From contig CAZAFA010000001.1 in NCBI GenBank assembly GCA_964484655.1, positions 97,518-161,517 on the forward strand: a DNA stretch of 64,000 nt, given 5' to 3'. Below the pieces are notes generated by a model, which did no database searches, had not been told where the DNA came from, and saw only the letters and a program-made list of their open reading frames with translations. Source of the DNA: an uncultured Candidatus Saccharibacteria bacterium. GTDB lineage: Bacteria > Patescibacteriota > Minisyncoccia > UBA6257 > 2-01-FULL-56-20. Position 1 is the first letter of the stretch; every line of letters begins with the position of its first letter. Below are positions 45,465 through 54,861 of this stretch, in pieces. The position numbers were made by a program, and so were the translations under genes.

Positions 45465-46925
45465 ATGTCTCGCATGACCGACCGGCCGATCCGCGTCCGC
45501 ATGGCCCCGTCCCCGACGGGCCACCTGCACGTCGGCACGGCTAAGGCGGCGCTCTTCAACTGGATGTTCGCGCGCCGGTACGGGGGCACGTTCGTACTGC
45601 GCCTCGAGGACACGGACGCGGAGCGCTCCCGCGACGAGTTCGCGCGCGAGCTCGTGACGGGCCTCTCCTGGCTCGGGATCGACTACGACGAGGGCCCGTA
45701 CCTGGCTCCGGACGGCGCCTGGGCGGAGAAGGGCGCGTACGGCCCGTACAAGCAGAGCGAGCGCTCTCTTCTCTACCGCGAGAAGCTCCAGCAGCTCCTC
45801 GACGCGGGCTCCGCGTACTGGTGCTACTGCACGAAGGAGGAGCTCGAGGTCGAGCGCCGCCGGCAGCAGGAGGCAGGGGAGCCGCTCCGCTACGCGGGCA
45901 CCTGCCGCGACCTCGCCACGCCGCCGGCAGGTAGGGATCCGCAGGTCATACGTCTGCGCGTGCCCGCGAAGCCGGTCGCGTTCACGGACCTCGTGCGCGG
46001 GCAGATCGTCACCGACGCGTCGCTCCTCGGCGACCTCGCTATCGCGCGCTCGCTCGACTCCGCGCTGTACAACTTCGCGGTCGTCGTCGACGACATCGCC
46101 ATGGAGATCACGCACGTCGTCCGCGGCGAGGACCACATCTCAAACACGCCCAAGCAGCTCCTCCTGTTCGAGGCCTTCGGCGCGGTGCCGCCGGCGTACG
46201 CGCATTTCCCGCTGAACCTCGACGCGGACCGGCGGAAGCTGAGCAAGCGCACGTCCGAGACCTCGCTCCTGGCGTATCGCGACGCCGGGTACCTGCCCGC
46301 CGCCTTGACCAACTTCCTCGCGCTCTCGGGCTGGCATCCGGCAGGGGACGAGGAGGTCTTCACGCTCCCTGAGCTGGCGCAGGCCTTCTCGACCGAGCGC
46401 ATGCAGCGCTCCGGCGCGGTCTTCGACGAGGCGAAGCTGCGCTGGCTCAACCGCGAGCATATGAAGCGCCTGCCCGCCGAGACGCTCGCCAAGCGCCTGC
46501 GCCCGTTCCTCGCGGACGGCGACGCGGTGCCGGCCGACGTCCTCGAGCGCTACGTCGATGCCGAGCGGGGGAGGGCGGACACGCTCGCGGAGCTCGCCGC
46601 TGCAGCCGCATGGCTCGGCCCGTACGCGCCGCCGAGCGCCGAAGCGCTCATACCTGCGGACAGCTCGCGCGCGGAGAGCCACGACCACCTGCGCGAGACC
46701 GCCACCGCCCTGGAGCATCTCGCGAGCGAGACGGAATGGCTCGAGCAGATGCAAGCGTTCCTCGAGGCACGCGCCGAGCGCCACGGCAAGCGTGCCGTCT
46801 TCCACCCGGTGCGCGTCGCGCTCTCGGCGATGGAACGCTCCCCGGATCCGGTCACGCTCATGCGCGTGCTTGGTCAGGACGAGAGCCGCGCGCGACTGCA
46901 GAAAGCGGCGGAAATACTGGCCTGA
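45465..46925 (+). CDS. gltX: Glutamate--tRNA ligase
   Basis: APSPTGHLHVG, RLEDTD, RGEDHISNT, KLSKR. Confidence 0.96.
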   Translation: MSRMTDRPIRVRMAPSPTGHLHVGTAKAALFNWMFARRYGGTFVLRLEDTDAERSRDEFARELVTGLSWLGIDYDEGPYLAPDGAWAEKGAYGPYKQSERSLLYREKLQQLLDAGSAYWCYCTKEELEVERRRQQEAGEPLRYAGTCRDLATPPAGRDPQVIRLRVPAKPVAFTDLVRGQIVTDASLLGDLAIARSLDSALYNFAVVVDDIAMEITHVVRGEDHISNTPKQLLLFEAFGAVPPAYAHFPLNLDADRRKLSKRTSETSLLAYRDAGYLPAALTNFLALSGWHPAGDEEVFTLPELAQAFSTERMQRSGAVFDEAKLRWLNREHMKRLPAETLAKRLRPFLADGDAVPADVLERYVDAERGRADTLAELAAAAAWLGPYAPPSAEALIPADSSRAESHDHLRETATALEHLASETEWLEQMQAFLEARAERHGKRAVFHPVRVALSAMERSPDPVTLMRVLGQDESRARLQKAAEILA

Positions 46926-46970
46926 TCGCGGATTGGAGCCGTCCGCGATGCTGCGTTATACTTGCCTCGT

Positions 46971-48242
46971 ATGTCGTTGAGCAGCGCGAGGCGCCTGATT
47001 ACGGTCCTCGCTACAACCTCGGTCCTGATCGCCGCCATCGCCCTGCCGGGCTCCTGGACGGCTCCGTCGGCGATCGCCGACGAGGAAGCGGCGCTGCGCG
47101 CGCAGATCGAGGCGAACAACGCGAAGCTCAAGGCCGTGCAGGCCCAGCTCGACGCGGCGAAGTCGCGCCTGAACTCCACGACCGGCCAGCGGAAGAGCCT
47201 ACAGAGCGAGGTGAGCCGCCTCGAGGGGCAGATCAACCAGCTCAAGCTGAGCATCCAGGAGGACCAGCTCATGAGCCAGCGCCTCGGCTACGAGATCCAG
47301 GTGCTCAACAGCGACGTCAACTCCCTGAAGTCCAAGATGAAGGACAAGCAGGCGACCATCGCCGCCTTGCTGGTGGAGACGCAGAAGCAGGAAGGGCTCT
47401 CGCCGCTCATCACCCTGCTGGCGGCCGACAGCCTGAGCGAGACGATTAGGGACGCGAGCGCGAGCAAGGCGCTCCAGGACCGCATGCGCACCGACCTCGC
47501 GAGCCTGCGCGACATCCAGGAGAACGTCCTCAGCAAGATCGACCTGACCGACGCCAAGAAGACCGAGGCCGAGCGCCGCCGGATCGCCGCGCTCGCGAAG
47601 CAGGAAATCATCGCGGATCAGCAGGCGGACCGCGCCAAGGTGCTCGCGGTCACGAAGAACCAGGAGAGCGCCTACCAGAAGCAGGTCAACGACCTCCTCG
47701 CAGAGCAGAAGCGCATCGCAGCCGAGACCGAGGCGATCGACGCCGCGCTGCGCGCGAAGATCAACAAATCAACGCTTCCGACGAGCGGCCCGGGCGTCAT
47801 CGGCAAGCCGGTCGCGGGTCCGATCACCCAGGGATACGGCGCTACCGCGTTCGCGAAGACCGGCTACGCGGGCAAGTGGCACAACGGCATCGACATCGGC
47901 GCCGCCATCGGCACGCCGATCTACGCGGCCGCCGACGGCACGGTCTCGGGCGTGCACAACCAGGATGCCTTCTGTCCGCGCGGCGCCTACGGCCGCTTCA
48001 CGACCATCACGCATGACAACGGCCTCGTCTCGCTCTACGCGCACCAGTCCAAGCAGGCGGTCTCGGTCGGTCAGCGCGTGAAGCGCGGCGATCTCATCGG
48101 CTACGTCGGCGCAACCGGGTACGCGACGGGCCCGCACCTGCACTTCACGATCTACTCGAAGGACACGTTCCGCATCGGCGCGACGCGCGTTTGCGGACCC
48201 GGTCCCCAAGGCGGCGATCTCAACCCGCTCAACTACCTCTAG
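46971..48242 (+). CDS. Coiled-coil M23 peptidase (murein hydrolase, EnvC/CwlO-like)
   Basis: Signal peptide, long coiled coil, HNGID, YAH, TGPHLHF. Confidence 0.9.
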   Translation: MSLSSARRLITVLATTSVLIAAIALPGSWTAPSAIADEEAALRAQIEANNAKLKAVQAQLDAAKSRLNSTTGQRKSLQSEVSRLEGQINQLKLSIQEDQLMSQRLGYEIQVLNSDVNSLKSKMKDKQATIAALLVETQKQEGLSPLITLLAADSLSETIRDASASKALQDRMRTDLASLRDIQENVLSKIDLTDAKKTEAERRRIAALAKQEIIADQQADRAKVLAVTKNQESAYQKQVNDLLAEQKRIAAETEAIDAALRAKINKSTLPTSGPGVIGKPVAGPITQGYGATAFAKTGYAGKWHNGIDIGAAIGTPIYAAADGTVSGVHNQDAFCPRGAYGRFTTITHDNGLVSLYAHQSKQAVSVGQRVKRGDLIGYVGATGYATGPHLHFTIYSKDTFRIGATRVCGPGPQGGDLNPLNYL

Positions 48243-48248
48243 AGTCCC

Positions 48249-48452
48249 ATGGCCGACCCTACGCGCGTCCTCGAGCTCATAGCCCAGGCTCGAGCCTTCC
48301 TCGAGACGTACGGACAGGTAATCCTCGAGGGGATATACCGCGCCCTCGCGTTCCTCGGCGACCTCATGTCCCAGCTTCCGGGCTGGACGAGCCAGGTGGG
48401 AGCCTTCCTCGCGAGCCTCATCGCGATCGTGCGCGGCTTCCTGAACCTCTAA
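48249..48452 (+). CDS. Small amphipathic hypothetical protein
   Basis: 67-aa ORF filling the gap with a plausible start. Confidence 0.5.
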   Translation: MADPTRVLELIAQARAFLETYGQVILEGIYRALAFLGDLMSQLPGWTSQVGAFLASLIAIVRGFLNL

Positions 48453-48490
48453 CTGCTGGCGCAAAGGTGGATAGGGTGTATAGTTCTGCT

Positions 48491-49672
48491 ATGCAGCCGC
48501 TAGCCGCACGTTTGCGCCCGAAGAGCCTCGACGAGTACGTCGGGCAGGAGCACCTCGTAGGGGAGGGGAAGCCGCTGCGCGTGGCCATGGAGCAGAAGAC
48601 GCTCTTCTCGTTCCTGCTCTGGGGCCCGCCGGGCACGGGAAAGACGACCCTGGCCCGCCTCTACGCGGATGCCGTCGGCGCGCAGTTCGTGGAGATGTCC
48701 GCGGTCTCGGCCGGCAAGGACGACATCCGCAAGGTCGTGGAACGCTCCGGCAAGCAGCTCCGGCCGACGCTGCTGTTCATCGACGAGATCCACCGGTTCA
48801 ACAAGGCGCAGCAGGACTTCCTCCTGCCGTACGTCGAGAGCGGCGTCCTGACGCTCGTCGGAGCCACGACCGAGAACCCGAGCTTCGAGGTCATCCCGGC
48901 GCTCCTGAGCCGCACGCGCGTCTTCGTGCTCAACGCGCTGGAGCCGCAGGAGCTTGACGTCATCATCGACCGGACTGGCTTCGCCGTGGACGATCACGCG
49001 CGCGAGTGGCTGGCGAACGTAGCCAACGGCGACGCGCGGCAGATGCTGGGCGTCCTCGAGGCCGCGGACGCTCTTTACGGCTCGATCACGCTCGAGTCCC
49101 TTGAGAACGCGCTCCAGAACCGCTTCGTCCGCTACGACAAGAAGGGCGACGAGCATTACAACACGATAAGCGCGTTCATCAAGTCGATGCGCGCGAGCCA
49201 GCCCGACGCGGCGCTGTACTACCTCGCGCGGATGATCGAGGCAGGGGAGGATCCGAAGTTCATCGCCCGCCGCATGGTCATCTTCGCTTCCGAGGATATC
49301 GGCATGGCCCAGCCGACCGCCCTCGTGGTCGCCAACGGGGTCTTCCGCGCCTGCGAGACCATCGGCCTGCCCGAATGCGGCATCAACCTCGCGCACGGCG
49401 TCGTCCACCTGTCCCAGGCTCCCAAGAGCAAGCATGCGTACTGGGCCTATCAGGAGGCGCTCGCGGACGTCCGCAAGACCGGGAACCTGCCGATACCCAA
49501 GAAGATCCTCAATGCGCCGACGAAGCTCATGAAGAACCTGGGCTACGGGTCCGGCTATGAGCGCTATACCAGCGACGAGCTGCTGCCGGACAAGCTCAAG
49601 GGCACGAGATACTTCCGCGCAGACCAGGATTCGGCGGATTCGCAGCATCCTTTCGGTACGAAGGCTGGATAG
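48491..49672 (+). CDS. rarA: Replication-associated recombination protein A (MgsA)
   Basis: PLAARLRP, WGPPGTGKTT, DEIHRFNKAQQD, ISAFIKSMR, SEDIG. Confidence 0.96.
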   Translation: MQPLAARLRPKSLDEYVGQEHLVGEGKPLRVAMEQKTLFSFLLWGPPGTGKTTLARLYADAVGAQFVEMSAVSAGKDDIRKVVERSGKQLRPTLLFIDEIHRFNKAQQDFLLPYVESGVLTLVGATTENPSFEVIPALLSRTRVFVLNALEPQELDVIIDRTGFAVDDHAREWLANVANGDARQMLGVLEAADALYGSITLESLENALQNRFVRYDKKGDEHYNTISAFIKSMRASQPDAALYYLARMIEAGEDPKFIARRMVIFASEDIGMAQPTALVVANGVFRACETIGLPECGINLAHGVVHLSQAPKSKHAYWAYQEALADVRKTGNLPIPKKILNAPTKLMKNLGYGSGYERYTSDELLPDKLKGTRYFRADQDSADSQHPFGTKAG

Positions 49673-49760
49673 GCCTCATTTCACTTTATTAGTACATAAA
49701 AGGGATATTCTGCGACGTATACCCAAGAAAGCGAGCCAGCGTTGCGCTGGCTCGCTCTTC

Positions 49761-50207
49761 CTATCCGATCAGGTCGGGCCACTCCTCTTCCTCCGCTGCT
49801 TCGACGATCTCATCGAATGACGAGGCGTCAACCTCGATGATGTTCCACGTCTCGCGGATCAGGGCGTCAACGGCGTCGATGACCGCTTGCGGGCTTTCCG
49901 GCTCGTTCGGGTTGATGATCATGTAGTTCTCATGGACGGCGACCCCGTGCAGGCCGACGATGCATGCCATCTTCCGCACGAAATCCCGCAGGCGCGGGTC
50001 GAGGTCGTCCATGCTCCCCTGGAGCGGGACCATCATGCCCGGAGCGCGCTCCTCAGCCTCCAGGAAGCTCTCGCCTCCGGGGATGCTCGAGGTGACGTAC
50101 TTCACGAACAGGCAGTAGCATCGCGCGATCTCCTTCTCGCTCGTGAACACGAACGTCTCCGTGCCGCGGGACGGCAGCCATGTCGGCGGTTCTATGTCAG
50201 GAACCAT
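49761..50207 (-). CDS. Acidic hypothetical protein (stand-alone unit)
   Basis: GGGAGG SD; downstream GCGAGCCAGCG/CGCTGGCTCGC hairpin. Confidence 0.65.
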   Translation of the reverse strand: MVPDIEPPTWLPSRGTETFVFTSEKEIARCYCLFVKYVTSSIPGGESFLEAEERAPGMMVPLQGSMDDLDPRLRDFVRKMACIVGLHGVAVHENYMIINPNEPESPQAVIDAVDALIRETWNIIEVDASSFDEIVEAAEEEEWPDLIG

Positions 50208-50327
50208 ATCTTCTTCGTCCTCCCTATTTCAAAGATTCCCTGGAATCCTAGTCCCCTGTCCGGACATAGCGCAACGTACGCGAACGCGGCCCTCCGTGAA
50301 GAGGGTCGCGTTCCTTTGATTAGCCGC

Positions 50328-50867
50328 TTAGAGGGCTACAGCCAACTCCACCGGGCGCTCTTCCGCAGGGGGGAAGCCGACGCCCTTCTTGAGAACCGTG
50401 TACCCCCAGTGCCGCCAGTTGGCAGGCTTCTCCTGGATCATGCGCTTCGCGATCTGCTTCTGGAGGCCGCAGTCGTAGAGGTGCTTCTCCCAGGAGACGA
50501 CCTCGTCCGAGTCGAGAAGACCGTAACGGGTCGAGTATGCCTTGAAGGTAGCCATCTGGAACTGGAGGCATCCGTATGAGTAGCGTCCATTCACGTCGAG
50601 AACCTTGATGTTCGCGCGATTGTTGGACTCTGCGATCGCGAGCTTCTCCAGCCAGACATCGAGGTTGGTCATGACCGTCCCCGTGGCCGTGGTGGTGGCT
50701 GCGGTACTCGTAGAGCTTGTTGCGACGGAAGCCGTCGAACTCGCACTCTTCGGAGCTGTGCCGTATGTGGCTGTCGCGGTTATTGCGTTCAGATTGCTGA
50801 TGTGTAGACCACATACCAGCGCTCCTACTGCCATGCTCACGACAACGTTTTTGAGGTTAATACCCAT
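50328..50867 (-). CDS. Secreted lysozyme-/lytic transglycosylase-like protein
   Basis: Signal peptide, Ser/Thr linker, LAIAES...SYGCLQFQMATF...HW. Confidence 0.75.
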   Translation of the reverse strand: MGINLKNVVVSMAVGALVCGLHISNLNAITATATYGTAPKSASSTASVATSSTSTAATTTATGTVMTNLDVWLEKLAIAESNNRANIKVLDVNGRYSYGCLQFQMATFKAYSTRYGLLDSDEVVSWEKHLYDCGLQKQIAKRMIQEKPANWRHWGYTVLKKGVGFPPAEERPVELAVAL

Positions 50868-51140
50868 TCAGCGGCAAAGTCGGCAGTATCGCGGTCTGTC
50901 GTTCGCTCCGACTTGCCTGAGGCTGCGACTCTTTCGCTGTAGCGCAATCTCAGACAAACCCCTCCTGGGTGCTATTGATCCTTTAGAGATGAAAACAGCT
51001 GCTCGCGCAGTCGTCTGGCGACGAGTATACCTGCTCGAGGGGCCAGAAGTCAACCCGCAAGGGCGGAAAGGCCTCAAAAAGGGCCCGGATTTGCTATCTT
51101 TTTGGGAGTTTTCCCCATATACTGGGAGGCACCTTTCCGC

Positions 51141-51908
51141 ATGGGAAAAAGCTTCTCCCCTACCCCGGCCCGCTTCCGCGAGGAGAACGGCTACGAGATC
51201 GACGGCACGTGGTATCCGCGCGTGACGTCGATCGTCGGCATCAAGTCGAAGCCTGCCCTGTACCACTTCTACGCGGGGCAGCCGAGCTATCACGCGGCGC
51301 AGGCGGTCACCGAGCGCTCCGCGGTCGAGGGCACGCGCATCCACGAGGCGGCCCAGGCGATCCTCCTCGGGCAGGACCCGGTCGTCGAGCCCGACATCGC
51401 GCCGGCCATCATGGCGTTCCGCTCCTTCATCGCGCGCCAGCCGATCGAGACGGTCGCCGAGCACATCGAGCGGCGCATCTGGCACCCCGGGGACCGCTTC
51501 GCGGGCACCATCGACATCCTCGGCACGATGAAGGGCAAGCTCGGCGTGATCGACATCAAGACGAGCCAGGACATCTACCGCGACTACAACCTGCAGACCG
51601 CGGCGTACATGGCGGCGCTCACGCCCGACTACCCCGAGCTGCAGACGCGCTGGATCCTCCGTCTGGACCAGGTCCAGTTCTGTCTCGAGTGCAACGCCTC
51701 GCGCCGGACGAAGGGCGGCCGCGAGAAGGTGAAGCGCGACTACGAGTCGAGGAAGCCCTCCTGCTCCCTCCACGCGTGGGGCCCGGTTACCGGCATCGCC
51801 CAGATCCGCGAGTTCCCCGAATGGGAGCAGGACTACGCGGCCTTCCTGGCTGCCAAGCGGCTCTGGGAGTGGGAGCACCAGGAACTCCTCGACGCGATCG
51901 GCTACTAG
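51141..51908 (+). CDS. PD-(D/E)XK exonuclease-like protein with C-terminal putative Zn site
   Basis: YPRVTSI, GTRIH, AGTID, IDIKTS, LQTAAY; CLEC...CSLH. Confidence 0.85.
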   Translation: MGKSFSPTPARFREENGYEIDGTWYPRVTSIVGIKSKPALYHFYAGQPSYHAAQAVTERSAVEGTRIHEAAQAILLGQDPVVEPDIAPAIMAFRSFIARQPIETVAEHIERRIWHPGDRFAGTIDILGTMKGKLGVIDIKTSQDIYRDYNLQTAAYMAALTPDYPELQTRWILRLDQVQFCLECNASRRTKGGREKVKRDYESRKPSCSLHAWGPVTGIAQIREFPEWEQDYAAFLAAKRLWEWEHQELLDAIGY

Positions 51909-52051
51909 CGCTCCCCGCACGGCTCGAGCACCAGCTCGGGAACGGCCTTGGTCCCTGCGGCGTACCCGAGCGAGGCCGCGCAGAAGGCCGCGGCCGCGAA
52001 CAGGACGGCCAGGTAGCGGACGCTGAGCGCGAACCGCGGTTTCGTTGACAT
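51905..52051 (-). CDS. 48-aa single-TM protein (not in ORF track)
   Basis: MSTKPRFALSVRYLAVLFAAAAFCAASLGYAAGTKAVPELVLEPCGER*; host-like codons. Confidence 0.45.
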   Translation of the reverse strand: MSTKPRFALSVRYLAVLFAAAAFCAASLGYAAGTKAVPELVLEPCGER

Positions 52052-52123
52052 ATCCGCACCCTACCCTAGAATAGCCAGGCACTATCGAGTCCCGGATGAA
52101 CACGGGCTTAACCACCGAAAGCA

Positions 52124-52402
52124 ATGGCACATACAGCCTCAGGCAGCAGTACCAAGAACGGCCGCGATTCACGGCCGAAGAGCCTTGGCGTCAAGCTCCA
52201 CGACGGTCAGCCGGCGGCGCCGGGCATGATCCTCGTCCGCCAGCGCGGCATGCGCTACCTCCCCGGCGAGGGCGTGCGCCGCGCTTCCGACGACACGCTC
52301 TACGCGGTCGCCGACGGCGTCGTGCGCTACGGCACGGTCACGAAGAACCGGTTCGACGGCAGCCGCCGCACGGCTACGGTTGTGGCCGTACGCGCGCAGT
52401 AA
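52124..52402 (+). CDS. rpmA: 50S ribosomal protein L27
   Basis: [28 protein letters not shown]. Confidence 0.96.
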   Translation: MAHTASGSSTKNGRDSRPKSLGVKLHDGQPAAPGMILVRQRGMRYLPGEGVRRASDDTLYAVADGVVRYGTVTKNRFDGSRRTATVVAVRAQ

Positions 52403-52820
52403 GCGTCGCGCGGATATCGGGTTTCCAGGAGGCCACCACGCGGTGGTCTCCTGCGTTCTTGAGCGGCTGCTTCGGCTCGAGTATCGCGTCGGGCGACATG
52501 CCGAACTCGTCGGCGATCGCGCGGACGATCTCGTCCGCCTTAACGGAGCCGAACACGGTGCCGGTCTTGTCGGTGCGCAGGAAGAAGTCGATCGCCTTCC
52601 CCTCCGCTGATTCCGCGACCGCGCGCGCGCGGGCGATGCGCTCCTGCTCCTTGGTCCTGCGCTGCGCCTCCCCTGCCTGATGCGCGGAAAGGGTCCCGCC
52701 GGTCGCCGGCGAGGCGAGCTTCCGCGCTATGAGGAAGTTGCGGCCGTATCCTTCGGCTACCTCCTTTATCTCTCCGCGCCTCCCCACTCCCCTGACGTCC
52801 GTCAGGAGCAGCACCTTCAT
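52374..52820 (-). CDS. rplI: 50S ribosomal protein L9
   Basis: [36 protein letters not shown]; the 3' part of track ORF 52374-54584. Confidence 0.95.
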   Translation of the reverse strand: MKVLLLTDVRGVGRRGEIKEVAEGYGRNFLIARKLASPATGGTLSAHQAGEAQRRTKEQERIARARAVAESAEGKAIDFFLRTDKTGTVFGSVKADEIVRAIADEFGMSPDAILEPKQPLKNAGDHRVVASWKPDIRATLTARVRPQP

Positions 52821-52822
52821 GG

Positions 52823-54040
52823 CTATCGTCCCGAGCGCTGGCGGGCGATCTCGAGCGCCTTCTGGAGCTGCGGGTCGCCCTTCGCGTCCGTCGCCTGCGT
52901 GCTCGAGGCCTTGACCTCGAAGTCCGGCTTGAGGCCGACCTTGTTGATCTTGTTCCCGTTCGGGGTCAGCCATTCGGCGATCGTGAGCTTTATGCTCGCG
53001 CCCTGGCCGCCCGGGATGTCGCGGACCTCCTGGACGGTGCCCTTCCCGAAGCTGTTCTCGCCGACCAGCGGCGCGCGACGGAGGTCGCGGAGCGCGCCGG
53101 CGAGGATCTCCGAGGCCGACGCGGATCCCTCGTTGATGAGCACCACGACCGGCATGTCGACGAGGGTCGCGGGGCCTTTCGCGACGAACGGGCGCATCGT
53201 GCCGTCCTTCTCGAGCTCCTTCACGACCACGCTGTCGCGCGGCACGAACCAGCCGGCGATGTCGACGGACACCTCGAGGAAGCCGCCCGGGTTGTTGCGC
53301 ACGTCGAGGACCACCGCGGAGGTGTTCTTCGGGAGGCCGCGCATCGCCTCGCGGAACTTGGCGCCCGCGTCGGCGGTGAACTGGTAGATGGACACGTGCG
53401 CGACGGTGCCCTCCATCTTCACCTCGATGCTCGGGATCTCGATGCGCTCGCGCTTGATGGCTACCTCGCGCGGCTTGGCGCTTCCCGACATGATCAGCAG
53501 CGTGACCGTGGTGCCCTCGTTGCCGCGGATGAGGCTGACCGCGCGGTCGATGGAGATGCCCTCCGTGGTCGAGCTGTTGATGGCGAGGATGTAATCCCCC
53601 GCCTTCAGCCCGGCGCGCTCGGCCGGCGTGCCCTTGAGCGGCGCGATGACGGCGAGGTTGCCGTCCTTCATGCCGAGCTCGACGCCCACGCCGCCGAAGC
53701 TGCCCTGGACCTCCTGGCTGAAGCGCTGGTTCTCCTCCGGGCTGAAGAAGACCGTGTACGGGTCGCCGAGGCTGTCCACGAGGCCGCGGATGGCGCCGTA
53801 GATGCGCTGCTGCGAGGAATCGTCGTCGGCCTTGTACGCCGAGGCGTCCAGGAGGCGCCACGCCTTCCAGAACAGGCCGAAGTCGCCCGCGTCGATGTCG
53901 CTCGGGACGGTCGCGTTGGCGACGCTCGCCGCGCTCGCGTCCGGGTTCCGGGCCCCTGCCGCGTAGCCGCCCGCGAACGCGAACCCTCCCACGAGGACGA
54001 TCCCGGCGACGATGAGTGCTGCGAGTTTCTTGCGGCGCAT
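52823..54040 (-). CDS. ctpA: S41 carboxy-terminal processing protease
   Basis: PDZ domain, LDVRNNPGG, SASASEI, SFGKGTVQ. Confidence 0.93.
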   Translation of the reverse strand: MRRKKLAALIVAGIVLVGGFAFAGGYAAGARNPDASAASVANATVPSDIDAGDFGLFWKAWRLLDASAYKADDDSSQQRIYGAIRGLVDSLGDPYTVFFSPEENQRFSQEVQGSFGGVGVELGMKDGNLAVIAPLKGTPAERAGLKAGDYILAINSSTTEGISIDRAVSLIRGNEGTTVTLLIMSGSAKPREVAIKRERIEIPSIEVKMEGTVAHVSIYQFTADAGAKFREAMRGLPKNTSAVVLDVRNNPGGFLEVSVDIAGWFVPRDSVVVKELEKDGTMRPFVAKGPATLVDMPVVVLINEGSASASEILAGALRDLRRAPLVGENSFGKGTVQEVRDIPGGQGASIKLTIAEWLTPNGNKINKVGLKPDFEVKASSTQATDAKGDPQLQKALEIARQRSGR

Positions 54041-54080
54041 ACGCCGTGGAGCCTAGCAGAACCGGGCTCCCTCCGCTAGG

Positions 54081-54389
54081 ATGCGAGGAGTGCTTGACCG
54101 CGATCGCTACCTCAGTGAGCTCGCCGCGCGGCGGAGCCGGAGCCGCGTCAGGACCCGCCACCAGCTCATCGGCCTCCTGATCGCCGAGATCCTGCATGAC
54201 CGGGCGCACAAGTCCCTGTACATGCGCATGGCCAAGGACGGCGACCCCGACCTCCTCATGAGCCTCGCCAAGGACGTCGCCTCCCGGGCCGAGGTCGAGC
54301 ATCCCGGCGCCTACTTCATGGCCGTGGCGCACGAGCGCGGCCTCATCCCCTTCACCCATCCCGATGCACCGGATACTCCAGCTCGCTGA
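54081..54389 (+). CDS. Small helical hypothetical protein
   Basis: Host-like ORF coupled to def. Confidence 0.7.
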   Translation: MRGVLDRDRYLSELAARRSRSRVRTRHQLIGLLIAEILHDRAHKSLYMRMAKDGDPDLLMSLAKDVASRAEVEHPGAYFMAVAHERGLIPFTHPDAPDTPAR

Positions 54390-54861
54390 AGCCGCAGACG
54401 CGTCCGTCCTGCGGACTCCCGCCGTGCCGTACGACTTCTCCGCGCATGCGCCGTCCGAGACGCGCGCGCTCGTCGACGAGATGAAGAAGGTGATGCACGC
54501 GGCGCAGGGCATCGGCCTGTCGGCCAACCAGATCGGCCTCCCGTGGAACGTGTTCGTCGGCCAGCTCAGCAGCGCGCAGGGCAAGCCGAAGTTCTACGCG
54601 GTCTTCAACCCGAAGATCACGTGGAAAAGCTCGGAGACGTACGCCATGGAGGAGGGCTGCCTCTCGATCCCCCGGACGTACGGCATGGTGGAGCGCCCGG
54701 AGAAGATCGTCCTCGAGGGACAGGACAAGCACGGCCGGCCGATCCGGCTGAAGGTCTGGGGCCTGCTCGCGCGCATGTTCCAGCACGAGGTCGATCACCT
54801 CAGCGGCAAGGTGTTCCTGGACCGTGCCACGGCCGTGCAGCGCTACGGCGACGACCGATGA
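54364..54861 (+). CDS. def: Peptide deformylase
   Basis: GIGLSANQIG, EGCLS, QHEVDHL. Confidence 0.97.
   Translation: MHRILQLAEAADASVLRTPAVPYDFSAHAPSETRALVDEMKKVMHAAQGIGLSANQIGLPWNVFVGQLSSAQGKPKFYAVFNPKITWKSSETYAMEEGCLSIPRTYGMVERPEKIVLEGQDKHGRPIRLKVWGLLARMFQHEVDHLSGKVFLDRATAVQRYGDDR

Noticed and set aside
50868-51020. c-di-AMP (ydaO) riboswitch
   Set aside because: The conserved ydaO sequence blocks are not recognisable; kept only as an unknown leader.
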